From Takakia lepidozioides (Eukaryota > Plantae > Bryophyta), in the NCBI GenBank assembly GCA_030704615.1, contig CM060731.1, forward strand, positions 19,964,001 to 20,028,000: a stretch of DNA of 64,000 nucleotides, read 5' to 3'. The notes under the pieces were generated by a model. That model was not told the DNA's origin and made no database searches. It was given only the letters and a program-made list of their open reading frames with translations. Made by a program: the position numbers and the translations under genes. Shown in pieces: positions 52,288 to 63,162 of this stretch (the first letter of the stretch is position 1; each line of letters starts with the position of its first letter).

Positions 52288-54566
52288 ATCATGTTTGTGT
52301 GCATTGCAATGCTTGTGCAAGCCTGGCAACCCTTGAGAAGGGCAAAGAGGTGCATGGGGATATCATCAAAGCTGGAATTGTACCTAATGTCATTCTAAAC
52401 ACTGCCCTGGTAGCTCTGGAAAAGGGGAAAGAGGTCCGTGGTGACATCTTCAGAGCTGGAATTGTACCAAATGTCATTTTGAACAATACCCTAGTGGACA
52501 TGTATGCAAAATGTGGGTGCATCAGGGATGCAAAGGGAGTGTTTAACACTATGGCTGAACGAGATGTGGTGTCGTGGAGTGCGATGCTTACAGGGTATGC
52601 ACAGCAGGGACGTGGGATGGAGGCTTTGGAGACCTATGAGCAAATGATGGGGGAAGGGGTCCAGCCCGGCCACATTATGTTTGTATGCATTGCAGGCCTG
52701 ACAGCCCTGGAGAAGGGCAAAGAGGTGCATGGGGATATCATCAAAGCTGGAATTGTACCTAATGTCATTCCATACACAGCCCTGGCAGCTCCATGGTGAC
52801 ACCTTCAGAGCTGGAATTGTACCAAATGTCATTTTGAACAATACCCTGGTGGACATGTATGCAAAATGTGGGTGCATCGAGGATGCAAAGGGAGTGTTCA
52901 ACACTATGGCTGAACGAGATGTGGTGTCGTGGAGTGCGATGCTTGCAGGGTATGCACAGCAGGGACATGGGATGGAGGCTTTGGAGACCTATGAGCAACT
53001 GATGGGGGAAGGGGTCCAACCCAGCCACATCATGTTTGTATGCATTGCAGGCCTGGCAGCCCTGGAGAAGGGCAAAGAGGTGCATGGGGATATCATCAAA
53101 GCTGGAATTGTACCTAATGTCATTGGAAACACTGCCCTAGCAGCTCTGGAAAAAGGGAAGGAGGTCCATGGTGACACCTTCAGAGCTGGAATTGTACCAA
53201 ATGTCATTATGAACAATACCCTAGTGGACATGTAGGCAAAATGTGGGTGCATCGGGGATACAAATGGAGTGTTCAACACTATGGTTGAACGAGATGTGGT
53301 GTCGTGGAGTGCAATGATTACAGGGTATGCACAGCAGGGACGTGGGATGGAGGCTTTGGAGACCTATGAGCAAATGATGGGGGAAGGGGTCCAGCCCAGC
53401 CACATCATGTTTGTATGCATTGTAGGCCTGGCAGCCCTGGAGAAAGGGTAAAGAGGTGCATGGGGATATCATCAAAGCTGGAATTGTACCTAATGTCATT
53501 CCATACACTGCCCTGGCAGCTCTGGAAAAGAGGAAGGAGGTCCGTGGTGACATCTTCAGAGCTGGAATTGTACCAAATGTCATTCTGAACAATACCCTAG
53601 TGGACATGTATGCAAAATGTGGGTGCATCGGGGATGCAAAGGGAGTGTTCAACACTATGGCTAAACGAGATGTGGTGTCGTGGAGTGCGATGCTTACAGG
53701 GTATGCACAGCAGGGACGTGGGATGGAGGCTTTGGAGACCTATGAGCAACTGAAGGGGGAAGGGGTCCAGCCCGGCCACATCATGTTTGTATGCATTGCA
53801 GGCCTGGCAGCCCTAGAGAAGGGCAAAGAGGTGCATGGGGATATCATCAAAGCTGGAATTGTATCTAATGTCATTGGAAACACTGCCCTAGCAGCTTTGG
53901 AAAAGGGGAAGGAGGTCCATGGTGACACCTTCAGAGCTGGAATTGTACCAAATGTCATTCTAAACAATACCCTAGTGGATATGTAGGCAAAATGTGGGTG
54001 CATCGGGGATGCAAAGGGAGTGTTCAACACTATGGCTAAACGAGATGTGGTGTCGTGGAGTGCGATGCTTACAGGGTATGCACAGCAGGGACGTGGGATG
54101 GAGGCTTTGGAGACCTATGAGCAAATGATGGGGGAAGGGGTTCAGCCCGGCCACATCATGTTTGTATGCATTGCAGGCCTGGCAGCCCTGGAGAAGGGCA
54201 AAGAGGTGCATGGGGATATCATCAAAAGCTGGAATTGTACCTGATGTCATTCGAAACACTACCCTGGCAGCTCTAGAAAAGGGGAAGGAGGTCCATGGTG
54301 ACACCTTCAGAGCTGGAATTGTACCAAATGTCATTTTGAACAATACCCTAGTGGACATGTATGCAAAATGTGGGTGCATCGAGGATGCAAAGGGAGTGTT
54401 CAACACTATGGCTGAACGAGATGTGGTGTCGTGGAGTGCGATGCTTGCAGGGTATGCACAGCAGGGACGTGGGATGGAGGCTTTGGAGACCTATGAGCAA
54501 ATGATGGGGGAAGGGGTTCAGCCCGGCCACATCATGCTTGTGTGCATTGCAGGCCTGGCAGCCCTG
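52288..54566 (+). repeat. Six-copy ~375-bp tandem array encoding PLS-class PPR motifs (pseudogenised)
   Basis: The GTGGA(C/T)ATGTA anchor lies at 52494, 52849, 53224, 53600, 53975 and 54351 (spacings 355, 375, 376, 375, 376). Each unit encodes NVILNNTLVDMYAKCG..DVVSWSAML.GYAQQG..ALEKGKEVHGD. Confidence 0.96.
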
Positions 54567-54599
54567 ATTTAAATCAGGCACCTCAACCATACCACAGCT

Positions 54600-55994
54600 T
54601 CTAAAAGAGGATCAAGAGAGGGAGTCTTTAATGCCTCTTCTTGCTCTTCTGGGCATGTGAAGATGCTTTGTGAGGCAGGCAGACTGAAAGAGGCTCTACA
54701 ACCTTGAAACCAAGGAGCATTTCAGTCACATTATCCAAAGTGGATTCACACCAAGTGTTTTTCCTCAACCCCTTTGTGAACATGTATGTTAAGTGCAGGA
54801 GCATCATGAATGCACACCGAGTGTTCAACGGAATGCCTCAATGAACTTTGATCACGTTGAATATAATGTTGGCAGGATTTAACATGGGTGTGGTAGGAAT
54901 GCTTTGGAGACCTATGAGCAACTGTTGCGCGAAGGGGTGAAGCCCAACCACATCACATTTGTTTGTAATGCATGTGCAAGCCTAGGAGCTCTGGAAAAGG
55001 GCAAAGAGGTCCATGGTGACATCGTCAAATATGGAATTGTACCCAATGTCATTCTGAACACTGCCCTGGTGGACTACATGTATGCCAAATGTGGGTGCAT
55101 CGAGGATGCAAAGGAAGTGTTTGACAGTATGGCTGAACGAGATGTGGTGTCGTGGAGTGCGATGATTGCAGGATATGCACAGCAAGGGTGCGGATGGAGG
55201 CTTTGGAGACCTATGAGCAATGATGCGGGAAGGGGTGATTCCCCGTGGAAAAATAGCTCCAAGAAACCTGCATGGGTAGATGGTCAACTGGAAGCCGCAG
55301 CAGCAGCGGCACAATTGATAAAATCAGGCAATGCTAATCAAGTCACCTTCTTCAACCCATTTCACTCTGTTTTCCCCTCTTATCAGAATCGCCCTAAATT
55401 TTCATGTTTTAAGAATTCTGCAAGTTAGCTGGTTGAGTGAACCTTTGATAGTTTGGAGTGACTTTGACATGATACTGCCAAAGTGACAATAGGAAAGTAT
55501 CCAGAAATAGGTAACAGAGAGGAGAAGTTGTGGAATGAATACTTTTCTGACCCCAGTCAATGTTGGGACAACCGTCTTGGAAGGTAAATGCCTTTGGATT
55601 ACAGAGTGGTAGATGCAATTGAGAATAGGAACTGGTGTGATAAGATGAGTTGGGTGTTTGCTGGAACAAATCTAGGCTGCCATTGTCAGCTGCTAACAGC
55701 AATGCAAGGATGTATGCATGATCTGTGCAGAGGCATGGATAGCTGAAGGAGCAGGGATAGAGTGTCATCCAAGAAGGCCAGATTTCAAGCTCCAAATTAC
55801 TTATGATTCCCTATGGAGGGTTAGCTACAAGAAACCTGCCTGGGTAGATGGTACATAGTTTGGAGTGATTTTGACATGATACTACCAAAGTGACAATAGG
55901 AAAGTATCCAGAAACATGTAACAGAGATGAGGAGAAGTTGTGGAATGAATGCTTTTCTGACCGCAGTCAAGGGTGGGACAACCGAGGGAAAAAG
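54600..55994 (+). pseudogene. PPR fragments followed by repeated OSB-type PDF-motif half-exons
   Basis: PPR ORF 54904-55230. Then DSPWKNSSKKPAWVDGQL (55237-), EKLWNEYFSDPSQCWDNR (55522-), PRRPDFKLQITYDSLWRVSYKKPAWVDG (55769-) and EEKLWNECFSDRSQGWDNRGKK (55929-). Confidence 0.8.
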
Positions 55995-56176
55995 GTGAAT
56001 GTCTATTAGATTACAGAGAGTAGGAGACACAACTCAGCATAGACACTAAGGCAAACTCTCCTTCCCTGCAAAGGGTGTGTTTGGTATCTGAGCGAATAAA
56101 TATAATTTCTAAAAACATAATTTCAATATTTTGTTATTTAATAATGTTCTCATCCAGGCCACTGTCCATTTTTCCT

Positions 56177-56207
<31 letters not shown>

Positions 56208-57779
56208 TAAATTAAATCCATTAATATTCAAACTTAATATTGGAAAGCAAATAATAATTAATTAATGTGTACCACCACACATGAACGAACACGTGTTGCA
56301 TAGTGACTTGTCGAAGGTGTGAAATATGTCACGTGTCGCATAGTGGCTTGTTCAAGGTGTGAAATCCGCCATGAAACATGCCACACTAGCCTTTTTTCAC
56401 ACTCTGCCATGTCAGCGGCCATATCACCATGCACCCCGTGAAAAAAGCCCACCCATGGAAAAAGCCTCCCGTGGACTTTTCCACAGGGCCACCCGAGAGC
56501 CGGGCCGTCCACGGGGTGTCCGAAAGCACTAGTCGTTCCTTACACCCACGGCAGGTGTGGACTGCGGCTGATTCCATAGCAAAAAGTGGGAAAAAGCCGT
56601 GGAAAAAGCCGGTTTCTCTTCTAGTGATGGGTAGTTCAGTGGCTCGGCCGGATGGGGGAGAGCCAGTAGTAGGGGGTGGTTCGAAGGATGATATAATCTC
56701 GGACTCGGCCTCATCATCCTCCAAATTGGAGGCCCAACGTAGCTTGCATTCCTCGGACGAGTACACCTATGACTCAGGTGATGAGGAGTGATGGTTCCCA
56801 GTTAGAGACATGTAAAGGTAGTACTCGCTTTATGTATATTTTTCTTCAGTTGTCATTTCGATCCTCATTCTAACCTTAATGGACATGTGGATTCTAATCT
56901 AACCTATAGATTAGAATGCATGCAATTCATGCAAGCATGAGGCACACCCCAACCCCCAAGAAAACCCCACACCCCCCCAAACGAAAAAAAACCCCAAAAC
57001 CCCACCCCAAATACCAGCTGGCTACCCTCCCACCCAGCGACGCCGGCGCGACCAGCGACGCTCTTGCGATTCCCAGCCGTCGCAATAGAAACCATGCCAA
57101 CGTGGAGCTAACGACACCGCGCAGGCGCTGCGACGTTGTTGCGATCCAGGGAGTCGCACACGAACGTGCCCTCCCATGGAGCTAGCGATGGCCCCCGGGA
57201 GCTGCGACGTCCGTACGATTCTCGGGCGTCGCTAGAGAACCTCCCTACCCATGGGGGTCTAGCGACGCCCCCAGATGGCGACGACGTCATGGCGATTCTG
57301 GGCGTCGCTAGCGCCTAGGCAGAATAGACCCATCTGTGATGTCAGGCATCGCAGAGCGGGGGCTGTAATGTCCCAGGCTGCGACGTGCCGGCGACGCCAA
57401 CGCGAGGTTATTTCTGGGGATGGGTGACGTCCTTGCGACTGCCCACGACGGAGGGGGAGGGATGGACCCCCCTCCCCGCCCTTTGTTGCGACTCCCGGGA
57501 GTCGCCATATTGTGACGCCTCGGAGGGGCGGCATCTTTCCGCCGTCGCAAGTCGTGGCTAGGTGGACCCGGGGGATTAGCGATTCCCTTACGTCGCTAAT
57601 CTGCGACGTTCCGGGAGCGACGTCGGAGCGATGTGGCGGCGACTTCCCGACGTCGCAATTTGTCCCCGGCGCGCCCCGGGCGCTGTAGTGTATTTCCGTT
57701 GCTAGGCGCGGTGTTTGGAGGTCACTGAGGCATCGCTAAACCCCCGCCCCCCCCCCCCCCCCCCCAAAACGTAGTAGTG

Positions 57780-58152
57780 ACCCATGCCGCATAAGGATCT
57801 CATTGAAGAAGAACTAAGCTACAACATCACTAGCCTTGGAACGCAAAGGCCGGACTTCTACCCACTTAGTCAAGTAGTTGTAGCAACACAAAGGTAGCTT
57901 CGACCTTTGATATGAGTGCAAAGGGTCTTACCAAGTCAATGCCAACACGAGCAAAAGCATAGGTGACAGACAATGGCTGCAGCTCATACAAGATCCAGGC
58001 CCTGGGGAGAGCAATGTTAGCACGACAACCTTCACACTTAGAGATGAACTCGGTGATGTCTCGGTGAATTCCCAGCCAATAGTATACCTCTCGGATGCGG
58101 GCAACAATTTTCTTCTTGGTGGCTGGAGGACTGAGCCTACGCTGGTTCGGGA
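57780..58152 (-). mobile_element. Ty3/gypsy integrase N-half (continuation of 32423-33910)
   Basis: KKIVARIREVYYWLGIHRDITEFISKCEGC..LQPL..FARVGIDLV..EILMRHG. Confidence 0.88.
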
Positions 58153-59345
58153 CACTACAACAAATTGGGGTGGGGGTTGCGACGCCAGTAGTGCCCCCAT
58201 GCCCCGCGTAGCGCAGAGCCCGACACACCGAGCCCGCGGCGCTTTTTGCGACGCCCCGGCGTCGCAATCCCCCGCTGCGACACCATTACAACGCCTAGCC
58301 GTCGTAAGGTGGAATGAAGGGGGAAAATGGGCCCTCGGTGCGACGGATTTTTTTCTTGCGACGTCCAGGCGTCGGAAATCCAAAAAATAATAAAAATAAA
58401 TAAATTGGGACATTGCGACGCCTCGGCGTTGCAAAAGCATCACTAAGGGTGCCCCAGGGCGTCGCAACAGCATCACCACAGAATGAGTTTTTTTTTGTTT
58501 TTTTTTTTTTTTTTTTTTTTCGGGCTTTGCGGCCTTCAACTTCACAAAAGCGTCGCTGGGGGCGCCCCGCGCTGGAACGCCGAATGTTGCGACGCCAGGG
58601 GGTTACCACAGGGGATCGCAATGGTGTTGTGGCCAGCTTAGGTCATCACAAAGGACGTCGCTTGGGGCGCCTGGCGGTGGGGTAGTGCAACAACGGCGAC
58701 GACGTTGGGGCTGAGGCTGGGGCTGGGGCTAGGGCTGGGGCTGGGCACTAAGGCTGTGGCGGTTGCAACTCCCCGACGTCACAAGAGAGACCCCCTTAAA
58801 AAAGAACTTGAAGGAACTTGAAGGAAATCTTTATATGTATATATATATTATATAATATATATTTAGATTGCTTTTGTGATACATAGATGTAGCGTAGGTG
58901 TGTTGGTTAGTTTGTAGTGTCTTAGAAATATTATAACGTGGAGGTCTTAGGTTCAAGTATGCATTGCATGATATATGTAGAACAATGAACATATCGCCAT
59001 TAGACAGAACCGGAGTCAATGGTCAATAAGTCTTTGAAATTCAAATTTTCCCGCCTAAATTCAAATGTTCCCCCTTAAATTGTGACGTCCGGCGTCGCAC
59101 TTTGCGACCCCCAGACGGTGTTAATTTATTATTATTATTTTTTATTTTTTTTATTTTTTTCGACGCCCGGGCGTCGCAAATCGCGATTTCGCCTATTTGC
59201 GACCCCCATTGGTCGGAAATTTGCGACGTTTTTTGGCGAAGCCCTTGCGACGCCCGGGCGTCGCAAATTTGGTTCTTCCCTCCTGCCCGAAAAAGGTTGT
59301 TTTACGACGCCGCGGCGTGGCTGCGGCGTGGCCGCGGCATCGAAA
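58153..59345. mobile_element. Left end of a second CACTA element with GCGACG subterminal repeats; right end not found in the window
   Basis: CACTACAACAAATTGGGG begins where integrase homology stops; dense GCGACG/CGTCGC motifs follow. Confidence 0.75.
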
Positions 59346-59452
59346 ACCCCCCCCTTTTCCTGTAGTTGGGAGTTAAACGTTCTGCCCTCTCATCCTATTC
59401 ATGTCCAGGGGATCGAAGGGTCTGGTTCGGATGTCTGGGCTACTACGAGCAG

Positions 59453-62400
59453 TATGCCGGCCCAGGCTGCTAACTTGAGTCCTAGGGTGCTGCCTGTTGT
59501 GAATTTCCCTAGTCCCACTCTCGGGGGAGGGAACTTGTTGCTTGTGAATTCAGGTATGCATGTAGGCAGTCTTCATGTGTTGAACGTGCATGGTGTTGTT
59601 CAAGGTGGGGGTGTCATGATTCAAGGGCCCTCTATTATGTTTGCTGCTCCGCCTCCTGCTATAGCTGGCCAATCAGTGGGGGCTCTCCCTACTGCACAGG
59701 CTGGGGTCCCACCACATCTTGTCTCTAGCCAGTCCGTGGGTATGCATGCTAGCAATATTCTTCTTAGCAGCATAAGATCTGTGTCAACACAACCGGTGGG
59801 AGTGGCATCCACTCTTCCCATGAGTGGCATGCCACAGACCCACTTGAAGTCTACTCACCCTGCTGCTCAGCCAAGTGTGGCAATACCTGCTCTTCCCAGG
59901 GGCACGGTGGCGTCACGTCTGTCAGCCTCAACTGCTACAGGATCAGTCAGCAATAATAGTGTGAGTTATAATTCTGCATCTAATATTGGATATGTGCATG
60001 GTAATGCTGCTCCCATAGTTCCCTGTTGCCTTGCTCATGGGTCTGTCCTCCCTGGTCATATCAACCATAGCCTGCCTTGTCATCTGATCCCCCAGCTGAC
60101 CACTCAACCTTACCCAGAATATACCATGGGAGAAGACTTTGATAGATATCTTCAGATGTTTGAGGTCATTGCTAGTGTTAATGGAGTGCCTGAGAATTTC
60201 AAGATGGCGATCTTTAGGATGAGCATGAAGGGACCAGCTCGTGACTTACTGCATGTAGCCGTCATGGATGATCCCAGCCTCAACTAGGCAACTCTAGTGG
60301 AATGGGCAAAGACCTTGTTCAAACCTCCTGAGAAGCCTCATGATTGCTTTATCAAGCTTTCGGCCAGAACTTACCAACCTGGGGAATCCTTGTGGAAGTA
60401 TTACATGGATCTTAAATTTGCTGTTGTTGAAAACATCATAGACCCGGCAGAGAGGGGTTGCATGGTTAAAAGGTATTTTCTCCTTGGGTTGCCTTCCACT
60501 ATTCAGAATTGGGCTCAGCGACGTCATTTTGTTGATGACAAGACTATGTTAGCAGAAATTAATCTTAAAATGGCAGACTTGGCTGACAGCAAATCAATGC
60601 AACATCGTGCCAAGTTTCAAGCTCCAGTGGGCTTTGAGCTTGGCATGTCTGCAACATCCTCACCCTATGTTCCTCCTGCTAAGACATATAAAGTTGATGA
60701 TTTTACTCTTCAGGGGTTGGCTAATACTGTGGGAAGTCTTAGTGAGTCTGTGGCCACTTAGTTTGCTGCCATGCATGCTCATCAACAGAGATGGCAGCCT
60801 CGACACAGCCAAGGAACGACATGGGATAACAATAGAGGTCGAACCTAGACTGGACAAGCCTATGAGGGCAATCGTGCTGCCTGTTACATTTGTGGGTCTT
60901 TTGAACACTGGACGAAGGATTGTCCAGACAGAGCAGGGCTACCAGAGCTGATCAAGAACAAGAAGACAACTAATGGCTCTTCCCCTCCTTTAAACTAGCA
61001 CGATCTCTTGGGAAGGGGGCAAGAGGTCCATCATCTACCAACCCTGTTTCTTCTGTTCCGATTCAAATTGTTCTATCTACTAACTTCAAAGCTTTGCATT
61101 GTCCTCTTCGGCAGACTGCTGGCCAGCAAATCAGTCCCCTCATGGCCTAGTGCCATATCCACGAGCTCAGCTTTCCCTGTGTAGTTGATACTGGATGCAC
61201 TATATCTGCCATACCTTTGAGTGTCGTGAGAGTTCGTGGTCTTAAACTATGCCCTGCCACAGGTATTGAGGTGCTTATTGCAGATGGATCCATGTATGAG
61301 CCCTTAGGACTAGTCACTGTTCCCATCAGAATTCATAAAAAGGAGGTTGTGGTTACATGCATAGTCACCATTGGAGATCAATTCCTTCTAGGCCTTGACT
61401 GGATGACCGGAGCTGGTGCCACCATCAGCCTAGCAGACTATTCCCTTCGCTTTAACAATGGAGAAGGGCATGAAGTAGTGGTTCCCTTGAAAGCAGTGAA
61501 GATCAAGGCTGGGTCTGCTACAGCCAATTTATCCAGAGTCCAAGCCCTGGTAAAGGAGGTATAGCAGAACTCTCACTCCAACCTCAATTGGAATGATTTC
61601 TACAAGTTTCAGCCTGATCTTCAACTCTTATATCAGTGGCATGTTCCTGGTGCTAGGGATAGGACAGGGGTACCCATAGCTATTCCAAATAATTCTACTC
61701 TAATTCGTGCACCTCTCAACATCACCATCCCTGCCTTGACCTTGAAGGTGGTCAAGTCTGGTCTGGTTTTCTTGTGTCCAGCTACTCATTTCCTAGAAGT
61801 TGAAGGTTGGAGAAGATTGACTGCCTGCCGTTAAGCATTGCCTGGTGGCCACTGGTGTTCTAGGTAGAGGATATAGGCAGGAAGTCAAGATCCTGATTGC
61901 TAATCCTGAGCGCTTCCCTGTGACTATTAAAAAAAGGGCAGGTTCTGGCTCACATCACTGCTCTACCCATTGCTGACATACAAGAGGTGTATGCTGGCTT
62001 TGGACTCAAGGCCATCGGCATCCAACATGGCCCCTTAGAGGAGGTTGTTGCCTTTGCTGCAGTTGCTCCACCACCCGTCCCTGATCTCAGCCCAGAAGGT
62101 AAGACGGCCCTCACCAAAGTCTTATCTGAAATCAAGTTGGGCACAACTCTCTCCTCTGGACAAAGGAGGAAAGTGGAAATGCTTATTGCAAAGAATCTAG
62201 ATGTTTTCAGTTTGAGATCCACTGATCTAGGGCGCACTCCTATTCTCCAACATGACATTGTCACTGAAGGGGCTCCTATTAAACAATTTGCTTACCGTGA
62301 GAGTGTCAAGGAACGTGCTGTAATCCAAGAAGAGGTACAGAAAATGCTTGATGCTGGCGTGATTAAGCCTTTAGTTTCTCCTTGGGCGAGTTCGATTGTC

Positions 62401-63162
62401 CTGGTTGGTAAGAAAGATGGCACCACCCGTTTGTGTGTTGACTTCAGGAAGCTGAATGACATCACCAAAAAGGATGCCTACCCACTACCCAGGATTAATG
62501 AGACCTTGGATCAATTGCATGGTGCCACAATTTTTTCCTCCCTTGATCTTGCATTTGGCTTTTGGCAAGTTCCTCTTACTGAATCTGCTAAGGAAAAAAC
62601 CTCATTTGTGTGTCGCATGGGCAAATACCAATATGAGACCATGCCTTTTGGTTTATGCAATGCCACCTCTACTTTCCAACGCCTCATGGACATTGTCTTG
62701 GGCAATCTGCACTGGGAGTGTGCTTTAATTTATGTCGATGATATCAATGTTTACTCAGCCAGTTTTAATGCTCACCTAGCTGATCTGCAGCTTGTTTTCA
62801 GCAAATTGCGCACTGCAGGTTTCAAAATAAAGCCCAAGAAGTGTGAGCTATTCGTGCCCGAGCTGCACTTCCTTGGTCATGTTCTGTCCAAAGATGGTTT
62901 GCTTCCTAATCCTGCCAAGCTTGAGTCTGTTTGGGGCATTCCTATCCCTAGGGATAAACATTGTCTCAAATCCTTCCTTGGTCTGGCTTCTTATTATAGG
63001 CGCTTCATAAACAACTTTGCCAAGCTTGCTCACCCTCTAACCAAGGTATTGTGCAAAGATGCCAGGTTTGAATGGACCTTCGCCCAGCAGGCTGCTTTTG
63101 ACACCCTTCGCAAGGCCTTGTGTTCAGCTCCCATCTTGATGTTTCCCAATTTTGAGTTACCT
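59453..63162 (+). mobile_element. Ty3/gypsy element: gag with CCHC knuckle, -1 frameshift site, protease, dUTPase-like domain and RT; degenerate and truncated
   Basis: Gag YTMGEDFDRYLQMFE; CYICGSFEHWTKDC (60882-60923); T TTA AAC TAG (60989-60998); protease VVDTGCTISAI; RT YVDD in ORF 61987-63207; several TAG stops. Confidence 0.93.

Larger units (their letters stand above)
33911..57779. mobile_element. Giant CACTA (En/Spm) element, 23.9 kb, 3-bp TSD ACC, with nested or captured content
   Basis: Starts CACTACTACGTTT and ends AAACGTAGTAGTG. ACC on both flanks (33908-33910, 57780-57782). GCGACG subterminal arrays at ~33930-34330 and ~57030-57660. Removing it restores the integrase frame EILMRHG|CLREILTDQG. 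Confidence 0.9.

Noticed and set aside
52288-54566. CRISPR-like array or intact PPR editing factor
   Set aside because: The repeats are contiguous coding units without unique spacers. Stops and frameshifts are present and no E/DYW domain is seen.
57684-57690. Inner TGTAGTG as the true right end of the large CACTA
   Set aside because: The outer end at 57779 matches the left TIR and gives the ACC TSD; no partner was found for the inner motif.
58681-58687. GGTAGTG as the right end of the second CACTA
   Set aside because: The TIR does not match CACTACAACAAAT and the flanks (GGA vs CAA) give no TSD.
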